From contig BDGG01000013.1 in assembly GCA_001949185.1 (NCBI GenBank), positions 124,001 to 188,000 on the forward strand: a DNA stretch of 64,000 nt, in the 5' to 3' direction. The notes under the pieces were generated by a model that made no database searches, had not been told where the DNA came from, and worked only from the letters and a program-made list of their open reading frames with translations. Positions 1-17,686 of the stretch are shown here, piece by piece. The translations under genes were made by a program, and so were the position numbers. How positions within the stretch are numbered: position 1 is the first letter of the stretch; each line of letters opens with the position of its first letter. The stretch comes from Ramazzottius varieornatus. Lineage: Eukaryota; Animalia; Tardigrada.

Positions 1-19
1 GAAACTCGCCCAGAAGATT

Positions 20-170
20 GTTTCTCCCAGGTAGCGCATATTTCCAGCGTTATCCACTAGACGTGTGCGCCGCTTAGAGAACTCAACAAGATTGTTTTCT
101 CAGGTGGCGCACGTAGTCAGTACTCTTGACTGGTACCGTGCGCCAAATGGCGCAGCGCTCTTGTTGATTT
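20..170. mobile_element. Palindromic MITE-like repeat family (AAGTGGCGCAC / GTGCGCCACTT modules), copy in ABCC intron
   Basis: Inverted GTGGCGCAC / GTGCGCCAC modules with AGATTGTTTTCT flanks. Similar modules occur at ~870-990, 3985-4245, 5160-5210, 7790-7930, 13880-13900, 16515-16680, 17010-17090, 26115-26290, 39750-39960 and 63255-63495. Confidence 0.75.
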
Positions 171-275
171 TTTCCGCCTAGGGTTTGGGCTTTAAATTAG
201 TTCTGAATAATCTCGTAATGAACAAATCAATCTTAATCAATCATAAAAAAGGGATATTAAATGTTCATGTGTTAG

Positions 276-6445
<6,170 letters not shown>

Positions 6446-6649
6446 GACCAGTGCTCCATTTATTTATTCTGATTTTTTAAATCAATCGACGAGTTTTTAT
6501 AAGAGACAAACTTAGGGCGAAACTGCCCGCTTGTTCTGTGTCAGCAGTATCAATCAAACAAAATTACAAAAACCGTCTGGTTGTCGGTCAACGTCGAGCT
6601 CAACAGATAAGGAAAAAGTTGAATGTCTTGCCGATAGCAAGAAGGAGCT

Positions 6650-8123
6650 TTATTGCGATGGAGAGTACCGTCTAACATAGGCTTCTCGACGTCTGCGCTT
6701 ACCAGCGCCATCGCTACCGCCTGCGGTAGATCCGCCAGCGCCACCACCACCGCCAACGACAGATGCAGCCTGCCCGATGGGATCACCCGGTCCTACATCC
6801 GTGGTGGGCTGCGTGACGGCGCCTGGTAGATTGGCAGGTCCAGGAGGAGCGGTCACCGGATCTGCGGCGGCACTTTTATCGTAAAAGTAGGCCAGCTTGA
6901 AAGCTCCATAAGCTATAGCCGACTCTGTCGAGATACCCGTGGCAAATATCGGTGGATTAGCCAAATCTAAAATGAAATAGTCAATGACATCTATCCATGT
7001 TGCACATCAGATTGCAGCTCGGTAGAGCTGCAATCTGATGTGTTAACGGTTGGACTGGAAGCTGGACGTGATCGATAGACAAATACCGTTTGTACTAGAC
7101 TGCTGGAATGGACCATTTCGCTGAATGGCCTATTGTCAACAGCCGGAGCAGGAGAAGCTCGGTGACAAGAAATGATAAACCGGGAAGACCTTGCATTCGC
7201 ATGATAACGTTGGATTTCTTCAAAATGTGGCGCACGTACAGTATAAGTTTGGGAGCAAACGACGATGTTGATCGAAAATGTCGATTCCCTAGCAGATGTT
7301 CCCATTTAGTAACGATGAGTGTAGTTTCCGGCAAAAGAAAACCACTGACAAGTTATCCTCCGTGCACTCGATAGAGGACTCTTGGCTTTGTCAGAATCTG
7401 ACGTTTTAACAGCATTTGAAGCCAGGAAGTTTCTTCAGTGCCGGCGACATTCTTCGATTCGATCGTGTAGAGTGTCAAGTGCGTTATTTTTGAGAGATCT
7501 CGCCTGACATCTTTTTTCAGCGCTAGAACATTTCCGACTTTTTCCAAACTTATGTATACCTGGGCCACATTTTGAAGAAATGCAACGTTATCATGCTGAA
7601 TCAATGTCTCACCGGTTCTTCATTTCTTGTCACCGAGTTTCTCCTGCCCCAGTTGTCGACATTAGGCCATTCCAGCGAAATGGTCCAGTCCAGCATAGTA
7701 CGCTTGCACAAACGGTGTTGGTCCATTGTCCACGTCCAGCGTCCAGTCCCATTTTTAACACATGCCAAAGCTCGGCGAAGAAACTCGTCCAGATTGTTTT
7801 TCTGGGTGGCGCACGTTTCCAGCCGATATTACTAACAACGTGCGCCACTTGCGAGGACGGTCTTGTCGTGCTAGTTTTTTCAAGTGCCGCAGGCTTGCGG
7901 TGCTGTTGGCCGACCGCGTGCGCCGGTTGGAGGAACGATGTGGTCGAGCTAGTTTACCGATCTCCCAAATGCGTTATCACCACGGTACCGTACATAAAGG
8001 TTGATTGATGAAAGAAGCTGGAATGGTCAGCCACGGTATTGCCGGAAAGAATCCATGGGCAGCACCTGCCAGTAATAATACCCCAACACACAGGAACGGG
8101 CTAAGAGTACCTCTCGTCTTCAT
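6650..8123 (-). CDS. Small secreted Gly/Pro/Ala-rich protein, 2 exons (8123-7994, 6966-6650)
   Basis: Signal-peptide-like MKTRGTLSPFLCVGVLLLAGAAHG. A phase-1 GT-AG junction joins FINQPL-Y-LANPP in frame. C-terminus has a Gly run followed by KRRRR. Confidence 0.7.
7050..7750. mobile_element. Foldback/MITE-like element with ~200-bp imperfect inverted arms (~7050-7250 and ~7545-7750)
   Basis: GCAGGAGAAGCTCGGTGACAAGAAATGA is mirrored by TCATTTCTTGTCACCGAGTTTCTCCTGC, and GCATGATAACGTTG by CAACGTTATCATGC. Lies inside the intron of the secreted-protein gene. Confidence 0.75.
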
Positions 8124-9520
8124 TACTGCAATGAATTTATCACCATAAATATCCTGAGCAGACAAGGGTGTATCTCATGTTCAGTGATAATTCAGACAAG
8201 GCAGAAAACCGACACTTCAACAATGGACGGTGTCATGCCTAACTGTCCACACGTAGGCGACCACAAAGGCCGCGCCTAACATGATAATTTCTCTTGTGTT
8301 TTAGTAATCACTTCCGCGTTGCAACCTGCACGCCGGCTACGCACAGTATTTCTGACTGGTCAGCACCCTGTTCGGCAACTCAATCCGTTCCACCTTCAGA
8401 TGCTCTGGGCCTTGTTGATGCTTTTCCATCGAGACAATGGTTTCTCATATGGCACTGATGTTGCTCTTGCCTTTCTCTTCGGCGAGCTCGCCATGATGCT
8501 CGCGACCTGCTCGGCGAAGCACCATACACTGTACTACAGTAGTACTGACCATCAAAGGACCCTTTACGAGCAACCTGTGGAGCAGTCGCCCGTAGCATGA
8601 AATAGTGAATGAAGTCACAACAGCCATTTTGCTCCGAAGGAGTTATTGGAAAGGATCCTTGCTAAGAACTGCAGGAAAACAAAACTCCTGTCCACAAAAG
8701 AAGGACAAAGGGGGGGGGGGTGTTCTTCCGCACCGTTATGAACACAGATAAGCGTATTCCCCTATCCAAGAAGAACGACGAACATGGCGAACGGGCGAAC
8801 GATACCCCGTTCCTGCGGTTGCTTGTCTGTCTCAACTTGTCACTGTCGCGTCAAACTCATCTTCCCGTCGAATTGACAATTAACTTGTCGAGTAGCTTTT
8901 CACAGCATGCCGGGCGTTTCACGCAATGAACGAAATACTTCGGCAACTGCTGCGAAATTGACCATAATTATCGGAAGAAGTTCGGAGCTCTAATTGACAC
9001 TGCCAACTTAGAGACTGTGCATGGAACGACCGTCTCACTGGCTTCCTGTTGAGTGCGCGAGAGAACTTACAAAAGATCCAAAGGTTGTCTGGCTGACACA
9101 ACGACTTGCCGTGTGACACTTGGATATGCTGACGACGATAGAAGCTTCTGACGATAGAAGCTGGCTATCTTAGGCCATCTTTCTCCATCACGGAAGCAAT
9201 AATGGTGGTACATTGAGCCTAAGATCAGGACATAACTGCACATAGGCCAATCCGCGTAGACTCTCCCAGTCATGGACCGGAAAAGCGGGCCCACGAGAAA
9301 GAAGTCTGTGAAACTAACGTCTGTCATATGATGCAAACAAGCGATCTCGCGATTGATCAGGTACACCAGAAACATACGGTATAAAAGTGCGTCATATGCT
9401 GACTTTATAAACTTCGCCGTAGTTCCTGCATGAAGTAGGTACTTGGTTTTACAGCTGCAAGTACTGCAAGTACTGCAAGCTTGTATTTATTTGTACTGCA
9501 ATTTAGTGGAAGTTTTCGGC

Positions 9521-9862
9521 ATGGAACCCGCCTCACCTACCGGACAGAAGGCAAAAATGCTGCAGGACAACAGGTACGTACAGTAATTGGGTTGCATAGA
9601 TAACGGTAACGACAATCTTACTGCTCTTGTCACAGACTTACGCCTCCTCATTATCTTCCTTTCCTTGGCGATGTTTCATTATAAATTGTCTCTCCTTTTG
9701 TTTTGTAGCAATGCAGCGCGTGAGAGCCGAGCCAGCATGAAGATGTACATTAGGTGCCTAGAGAACCGGGTGAAACAAATGGAGAAGCAGATCGCCGCGC
9801 TGACCGACGAGCTTAGACACATATACGGTATCGACGGCCAACTAACCATAGTTCCACCTTAG
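9521..9862 (+). CDS. 68-aa CREB-derived bZIP-only microprotein, 2 exons (9521-9573, 9709-9862)
   Basis: Splicing AACAG|gtacgt...tgtag|C gives MEPASPTGQKAKMLQDNSNAARESRASMKMYIRCLENRVKQMEKQIAALTDELRHIYGIDGQLTIVPP. It aligns to the CREB bZIP at 39.5-40 kb with the same phase-2 intron and the same 154-nt last coding exon. Confidence 0.7.
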
Positions 9863-9980
9863 GCCTATACCTTTGGCCGAATGTGTTTGACCAGATTTAC
9901 TTAATTAATCCACAACAACGACTCACGAATTCGCGTGCGGAACGTTTCTGTACACCTTCAGAACGAAGGTCGTTGTTACG

Positions 9981-10406
9981 TACGAGGCAAAGGCTGCTGA
10001 GTTAGCCACCGAATATTATCAAGAGTAGGACCTCAAGAGGCCTACGAGGGAAAGGTTGTAAAGTTAGCCGCCCCATACCGGGTTTGTAAAGTTAGCCGTC
10101 TAAGTTTGCCTGTTCTCTACTACTCAATCCCAAACTTTTAAGGACAGATCGAAAGATAAAATAATGAGCTGTCGAATGGTAATAGGCACAGTCAACACGA
10201 GAAGTCAGAGAATCCGAGAGATCCGCAATTAAAAGAACGTTGAAATCTCATGTTAAACAGCCAAGACTGACAATCAAATAGTCAATCAAGCAATAGGCGC
10301 CACAGCCGTGGCTAACTTTACAAACCCAGTATGGGGTGGCTAAGTTTACAACCTTTACCTCGTACTGACTATTAGATGCGGTTAACTCTAGCACCTTTAC
10401 CTCGTA
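9981..10406. mobile_element. Tc1/mariner-type MITE with doubled termini (outer 9981-10406, inner 10043-10364)
   Basis: TA-CGAGG...CCTCG-TA ends occur twice, with subterminal TGTAAAGTTAGCC / GGCTAACTTTACA inverted repeats. Confidence 0.75.
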
Positions 10407-10658
10407 CCATAATTAATGCGCAATGTTTTCAAACTCTTACTAGAAGATTTCCTGGGCCTTTATAAACAGTGACAGGATGTTGTATACAGTAGTCTAGCAA
10501 GAAGGAGTCCTCCTTCGTTTAATGGCCAGGGTTCCGGGTTGGCAATGGTCTATAAATGCTCCGCGAAGCAGGAACAGGCTGGGGATGTTGTTACTGCTTT
10601 CACTGAAATTTCCGCACGCCTGGTCCCACTCATCCCAGGCAGTCAAAAGGGATGGTAA

Positions 10659-11178
10659 TCATGGTGCACGGTGTTCAGCATGTCTAAAAAACGGAGATTC
10701 GAGACATGAATTCAAAATCAATCGCCACCCATTGCCAGATATAAAGAGCCTACCGATCAAGTTATCCCAGTCTTGTTCAGTGAGCTCAAATTCTCCAGTA
10801 GCGTAGCCCACATGGTTGGTACTTGATGGAACGTGACACTGCTGCGGTTTTTGCGGCTGTTGCGGAAAGCCAAACGATTTGACCCTGTGGATGATGGTGA
10901 AAAGCTCTTGAATCCCACGGTCAATCGTGTCTTGTCGCTCCTTCTGGATCAAGGTCTTCACTATAACACGTAAAGCTTACTCTTTATACTTAATCTGGAA
11001 GTTCACGAGCCGCCGAAACAGTGTGGTATTCAGTTTTATTATGTTAGTCCGATCGAGATCTGCCATTAATACACTTCTTACGTTTGATGGAATTCTTCCG
11101 GTACTTTTTCGGGGCCGGTGATTTCTTCTCTCCGCCATTACTGGATCGACTTCCTTGTTGTTCCGAATTCTTACCCAT
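10659..11178 (-). CDS. Putative small protein with degenerate bHLH basic/helix-1-like segment (exons 11178-11082, 10960-10659)
   Basis: Phase-1 junction AAAC|gtaag...tatag|TG gives KKYRKNSIKLKTLIQKERQDTIDRGIQELFTII. The family resemblance is by eye only. Confidence 0.3.
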
Positions 11179-11944
11179 TCTTATCCCGTACAAGACCTGC
11201 AAAACGTCCAATTAAAATGATCATTGCACTGTGCAGGGTCGACATCTTCTACCAGGAAACCTCTCATTGCTGGGTTGACTAACCTGTAACACCAAAAGGT
11301 TACTTCAGTTCTAAGCCGCGACTATCAGTCTACCGGAGACTCAAAACTGTACAACAGGAGTACCGCACGACTAATTTTCCTCTCTAACAGAGAAAGCATG
11401 ACTGGACACTTAATATATTCGCTGCCACAATCTGCTCCCTGTGTCTCCACCCTGATCAATACTATAGCTTGATCGTTCAGGAAATGACATCAGACTCTCG
11501 TTAGCAGTCTCGCCCTTTGACTCCAACGCAGGTCGCCAATCACCTTCAACTAAGGTCGGCCTAAGCAGACGACTTCCAAAGATAGGTTAGGACATGACGA
11601 GTCGCGCTAATGCTGATCCCGATCAACGGACGACGGTCGTAGCTGCCCACAAACTGACGATCATACAGTCCAACAGCTGCGCTGTGCCACAGTCCAATTT
11701 TCATACTGTAGTAAGCGACTAAGCGGGACTGTTGCCCTTTTTGGCTCAATTATCCACCAATGTGACCCTTGTGCCCTTGCATCCGGTCCGATAGATTGAC
11801 CGAGTACGCATTGCCGATTGCGTCGCGCACGTTTTGTGTAGTCTGTGGAAGTCCTTGCCGTTCATACCTGCCTACAGATATTCAGTGCGAAAAACGCGTG
11901 CGAACGGTGCGGTGGACAGGAAGGATAGCAGGCCGTAGCCCTTC

Positions 11945-12376
11945 GTGTCGTCCAGTGAGTCGACACCTAGCAGTGATCACCACTTTTTACCCGGTTTGTA
12001 CTATGTATTACCCGGTTTACTCTTGGCTCCTCCAAGACGGACGTTTAAACGGTTAGGCGACGGATTTTCACCGACTTCACTGATCTTCACGCTCTTCGAG
12101 ACGGCTGCGACGTGTTGTCCATGCAGCGGGAGGCGTGAGGAGGAGCACTGCAGGCTGACAGAGGAGCAGTATCAGCAGAATCCTGAATGGCACGAGGAGG
12201 AGACGGTGGCCATCGTGGAGGACAAAGATGGTTGGCGGGACAGCACCATCACGATTGACTACAACCCGTTTCTTTTCGTGGAGGTAAACGAACCTGTGAC
12301 TAACGTCTACAGACCCGATGGAAAATTATATGGAATAAGACCCACTTCCTTGGTCCGGCTCAAAAAGAGGTGGTAG
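11945..12376 (+). CDS. Hypothetical coding exon (acidic, coding-like composition)
   Basis: The 3' half (EEEHCRLTEEQYQQNPEWHEEETVAIVEDKDGW...) looks protein-like. No family recognised and start not resolved. Confidence 0.25.
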   Translation: MSSSESTPSSDHHFLPGLYYVLPGLLLAPPRRTFKRLGDGFSPTSLIFTLFETAATCCPCSGRREEEHCRLTEEQYQQNPEWHEEETVAIVEDKDGWRDSTITIDYNPFLFVEVNEPVTNVYRPDGKLYGIRPTSLVRLKKRW

Positions 12377-12719
12377 ACGAGTACCATTTTACGCCTGCAG
12401 TGTGATTTCTCCGCAGTTGTCAGTCAATTTCCTTATTCTTCCGGTCTCTTGCTCATATTAGCCCGCAAGTCACAATAGCCTTTCAATTACCCGTCCGCTC
12501 GAAACATCGATGACAGGTTTAGAACGCATACCGAGTCCTGGTATCTTTCTCTGTCTACGTTCTTTGGGTAAAAACGGAAGATAATGGTGGATAGATTGGT
12601 CAAACCCGTCAACCTTTTTCTACGGGTACTGGAATAATGTGCTGATGTTGTTTACCACAATCGTGCAATAGGAGTATTGGTCTAAAATCTTAGTAAACGT
12701 CACAGCACGGGAGTAATCA

Positions 12720-14940
12720 TCAACTTGGTAAAAATGTACAAGAAGCTAGGGAATCAGCGTACATGGCCGCATTCATGACCCGGACGTTGTAGCTTCCCCA
12801 CTCCATCACATCCTCCTCATAGCGATCACCGCCCGCCATCACTTCCCTACTCCCAGCTCCTCCAGCGTTCATTGTCGTGTCCATCAAGGACGATATGACA
12901 CTCGGCGCAGTGTGCCTCGAGATCATCAAGGGATCGACGAGCGCCCTCTCCCATATCGACATTTTCGTCCCGTCAATTTCCGGCGGCGCTTCCTCGTCCC
13001 AACTGTACAAATTACGGTCCCGGCTCTTTCGCGCCTTCTTCGAGCCTCTGGGACTACCTCGACCACGTTTGTCTGTGTTGGTCGAAGCAGTAAACTGCCC
13101 TACGACAGGCTTCGCTTTACCTGACCCAGGCGGTCGACCTCTTCCACGTTTCTCCTGAACTACTCCATCGGTATCCATACCGGAAGTGACTTCCGGTCCG
13201 GAGGTGGTTGCAGCAAGAAGCTTCACTGCAGCCTTCTGGTTCTTCTTACTCGAAACTAACGGTCGACCTCGCTTACGCTTCACTTCAAGTGCGAGACCAC
13301 CATCAAAATCTACAGCGCAGCTGACGGAAGCCCCATGTTCGGGCGGTACGCTAAAAGAAGCAACAAAGCACCCATCCTGGTCACGTGGAACACCGTCGTC
13401 CCGAAAGACTCCGATCTGGGGCTCTCTTTGGCAGTCTATGATTGGTTCTGCCGTTGTGCGACTATCTGTAACTGGTTCTACTGATGCTTCCGCAGCCACT
13501 GGGGCTTCTATAGGTGGGAGGAGTCCCGCCGCTCGTTGAGACGTCAGCGAAGTGCGGATGCCCTTCTTCTTGTTGAACGACGGTTGCCGTTTCTTCTTGT
13601 TGGACTTTGTTGTCGTTGGATCCTTTGGCCTTCCCCATCCTCGCTTGGCTGCATCGTTCGACTGGGTTCCTGTAGAAAAGAACCTGACTGAGAACGACGT
13701 GGGTGGCTCGCGGACAACCGTCAAGGTCAATGTCAGTCGCGGAGAAGTATTTTGCGCAGTCAGTTCATTTTGCCCTTTTTTTACAAACCTTTGCATCAAG
13801 TCTGTGCCGAGCACGGCCTTGACGGATATGTCGTTAAAAAAGCAAATGGGAGCTGGGCAAAGAGAACATGCGAGATCGTTTTTCCTAGTGGCGCATCCTT
13901 CCAGCTAACAGTAAGACGATGAGACGAGACGATGATCTTGAGCGTTTTGTTTGCCCAGTTCCCAAATGTAGGGACGCGTAATGACTTTTACGAGTGGCTC
14001 CGTACTGTACCTGGTGTGCCGACAAGGAATTCGGATAGGACATCATAGCTGTTTCCGTTAGAATCAGTGATATGGGGATGAATACTGGAGGAACTGTTTG
14101 AGGGAAGTATGAGATCGCTTGCTACCAAGGGTGCTTGTTCCACGCCCAGAAGCTGACGATCGTTGACGGCCAGCCTCGCAGCAGCGTCCAGCTCGGCAAG
14201 GTGCGCGACGTCTTGGGCCAAAGACACCGCAAGCGAAGATGGTTGTCCGAAGACTCGAATGTACGACCGGGGAACTTCGATGGGCTCCGGCGGAATGGCG
14301 GCGAACTCTTCTGCAGCAACCGGAATTATCAGCCAAGGGTAAGCCAATCAGCAACCAATCATCAAACCAATTTCACTTCCAAGGCGGCGCATGACGTCAC
14401 CGCGGCGCACTCTATACGTCCTGCCATCACCAAGTAGCAAATCAATGACGTCATGAACGATTCAGACGAAATATCAGTATTTGACTTTGAATTTAAATCA
14501 AATTCGCAGTATTTTTGGTCTGCGTGTGTACCTTGCAATCTCCTTTCTTCCTCCCTCTGCTTCTTATGCTTAGCCATGACAATTTTATTTGCGGAACTTT
14601 CGGAGTATCCAGCAAGATACTTGATGGCATTAAGACGCTGCGAGCGGGTAGTCATATTACCGCGAGACTTGCGAGTAGCCATGAAATGTTCCAGCCGTGA
14701 GTACATGCGCCAGATTCTGGCGCGATCATTCTGAGACAGTGTCTGACCGAAAGCAATCACATCTTTGCCCGAACCTTTCCGATACTTCTTCCGGCTGGCC
14801 TTCGAGTCAATGACGTCTCCCTCGTCTTCCATTTCTCTCGTCCCTTGCGTAGCATCAGCAGCGTCTGCTCCTTCGCCCGCATCTTCTTCCACGGCTTCTT
14901 CACCATCCACTCCTGTGACTGCTTCATCCAGCCCATCCAT
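12720..14940 (-). CDS. HTH-like + multiple AT-hook chromatin protein, ~3 exons (14940-~14532, ~14310-~14011, 13669-12720)
   Basis: Acidic N-terminus and a basic HTH-like block (GQTLSQNDRARIW...LAGYSESSANKIV). Phase-1 junctions CAAG|gtacac..ctgcag|AA and CCAG|gtacag..tacag|GA. AT-hook-type motifs RGWGRPK, RKRGRP, KRGRGRPP and KRGRGSPR. 3' end uncertain. Confidence 0.65.
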
Positions 14941-15387
14941 AATCGACTGGAAATCCTGACTCGAAACGACAAGACTCATCGACCATGCGGACAATCTTAC
15001 TAGTGAAACTAAAAACTAGAAACTGAAATCGGCTGCTTTCCGGCAGCAGCTGTAGACATATCATATCACATCACATCACATCCATTACTCCGGAAACTGT
15101 GCGTCTATGACATGACCGGATGTTCAATCACCAACCTCTTTCCTTCGGCGCTTCTTCCTCACCTCTGTCAGAGTATTTTCCGGATAAAACTTTATAAGTG
15201 TCTGAGACACTTCTAAAATGTGTCTCCTTGAGACAGTTTAGAGACAATTATACTGAACCTGCCTTGGAAGAAGACAATTTGAGCACTGGAGTCATAACTT
15301 GAGCTAAAGCATCAAAGGTGGACACCCAGGAAAACGTTCGTTAGAGCTCTTCGTAGGTAAACTGGGACAAACGGGAAGAGTAGCAAG

Positions 15388-17370
15388 TTAGGCCATAGGA
15401 AACATATCGTCAGTGGCGTAAGTACCAGTCAAGTTAAAATGCAACTCTTTCTCGATGTCCGTTAGGAGAGCGCTAGCTCCGATACGGAAGAGGTTGTTGT
15501 GGGTCCACAGCGGACCTAGCGTTTCCTGCATCAGCGTCAGCCACTGGGTCGCTTGCGAGGCATTTCTGATACCTCCGGCCGGCTTGAATCCCACCTAATC
15601 CCGATACAACAACGATTCCCTATCTGACCACAGCTTGATAGAGAAGACGCCATTGAAGAAATGGTCGAAAGAAAAAGAAAGAACTCACCGTGAAACCAGT
15701 CCGCAACCAATACTCCTGAATGGCTCTGGCCATGATTAGACCAATGGGTAATATGGCATTCACCGCTTCCTTCCCGGTCGACGTCTTAATGAAGTCCGAA
15801 CCTACGCGGAACCGAAACAACTTGCAAACAGAAAATGAACGAATGATCGTGCAATCAGAGACCATCCGTCGTCCACCTGCATACAGCGCGTCGCAGCACC
15901 TACACATCCGACTCTATGCAGGTGGCGAAGCGCCGATACGCGGTTTACTTCCAGTCTCTCAGAACTAAACTGGCAGCCGAAAACATCTCGCAAAGTACTT
16001 GACGAAGTACATCAGACTGGTAGAAGTTCTTACCTGCCATCATGGCCACCAGGCTCGCTTTGTGGATATTGCTCGCCGAGCCCAATTCTCCAACAGCCAG
16101 AATGGTCTTCATGTGCGCTTCACCACAAGCTTTCTTCATCGCACGAATCTCCTGGTACATTTCTGCAACACCAAATCACTCCTTATTTCACGCTTTATGG
16201 TAAACGTAGTACAAGTAAATGATTATGCGTCGATTTACCTGTCCATTTGTTCTGCAAGGCCAACGTCCGATTGATCACCACGTCGATTTCCAATGCACCA
16301 TCTTTCACCGCCTGTTCGATCTCCTGCAGCCTTGTGGATAAGGAGTACTGGCCACTGGGAAATCCTGTCGCGACAGCCGCGATGGGTAGGGGTGCTTTAC
16401 CGGGAATGCGGGACAAAACAGCAGCGCACTCGGCAACTCGGGCTGGATAGACACAGACGGCACCCGTCTGAATGTCTGCAAAAATCATTCACCATTTCAC
16501 ATTGGAAGGAACACGACAAGATCTATCGAACTGGCGCATGCTCTCATCCACTAACAGTGAAAACGTGCGCCACTTGGGGGAAAACAGACAAACTCGACAA
16601 GATCGTCCTGGCTAGTGGCGTACTTTGTCGGCCAATACTACCGTATTCGTGCGCCACTTGGGGTAACAATCTTGTCCGGTTTGTTTGCCGAGCTCTCGAG
16701 CTCCAGTTTCACATGAAGGGTATTCCCCGAGACTGATTACTGTGCCAAAAACATAACACCCGTCTGTACCAACCTCCGTCATCAAGTCCGAGTTGTTTGA
16801 GGTACTTTTCCTGGATGGGATGCTTGGCTTTGTGGCATATTCGGCTGACGTTTGTCGGGGTGTCGTCGCCGGAAAGCGTAGTTAAATCGATGCAGCTAAC
16901 AGCTCGCAATAGCCAGATAACCTGAAAAGATACGAGAAGCAAATTTTTTCATCCGCGAGGCTGTATCGTTACACATGGTAGCTGTGGCAGGGAACAAGAC
17001 CAGAACTCGACCAGAACATTTCTCCAAGAGGCGCACGTTTCTGTGATAATGGCAGAGAATATGCGTCACTGACATAAACGTTCTGGTCGAGTATGTTTGA
17101 TCAGCTCAAACCCGTACCTGGTGTTGTTTGGACAGAGCGCGACGGGAAACGATGGATTCGACGTTACGCTGGACCGCGCCGTAGTTGCATCTGGTCGAAT
17201 TCACCCATTCCAAATCTACAAAGAAAGACTCGGTAAACCACAATAGGCGTGACGAGCGCACGAGGTATCGATATGAGCAGACCGGTAGTACGGTACTCAC
17301 CTAAATCGGTTCCATGATTAGGCACGAACGTGTCTGCGAAGAAGTTTGCCCTATCCCGTTTATCCGTCAT
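15388..17370 (-). CDS. DERA: Deoxyribose-phosphate aldolase, ~7 exons
   Basis: NHGTDLDLEWV, WLLRAVSCIDLTTLSGDDT, GAVCVYP, VATGFPSGQ, EIDVVINR, HMKTILAVGEL, GSDFIKTSTGKE (Schiff-base Lys), GFKPAGGI and FRIGASALL. Animal-type N-terminus and spliceosomal introns. Confidence 0.95.
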
Positions 17371-17464
17371 TCGTGGTTGTGCTTTTGCATGAGACAGCTT
17401 TTCCGTGTCAATGCAAGCTTTCACTTCCGTTGCAACCTGTGAAGAGGAGGTATTAGCGACAACT

Positions 17465-17686
17465 GGGCTGTGGGCAAGCTTCCTCAAAAGTCTGGGGTCA
17501 CAGAGTAGAGGCACAGCTGATGGAATTTGCGAAGGGCGAGGGAGGGTTTCGGGTTTTACTTAAAATTTCTCGGCCTCCACACGGCAAGCCCGGGCCCCCT
17601 CCCCTTGAGCTACCTTGCCTAAATTTCCTCGCCTATGCCTCTACGTCGTGACCCCAGACTTCTGAGGAACTTTGCCCAGAGCCCAA
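17465..17686. mobile_element. MITE/hairpin element just upstream of DERA start
   Basis: TGGGCTGTGGGCAAGCTTCCTCAAAAGTCTGGGGTCAC..GTAGAGGCA is mirrored by TGCCTCTAC..GTGACCCCAGACTTCTGAGGAACTTTGCCCAGAGCCCA. Confidence 0.75.

Noticed and set aside
8300-9400. Short minus-strand ORFs as a spliced gene
   Set aside because: No consistent exon chain or recognisable motif could be built.
12720-13814. AT-hook protein as tardigrade Dsup
   Set aside because: It shares only a generic RGRGRPP hook. It lacks the Ser/Gly/Ala/Lys-dominated composition and the RRSSR HMGN-like motif.
15388-17370. DERA as a bacterial horizontal transfer
   Set aside because: It has an animal-type N-terminal extension and about six spliceosomal introns.
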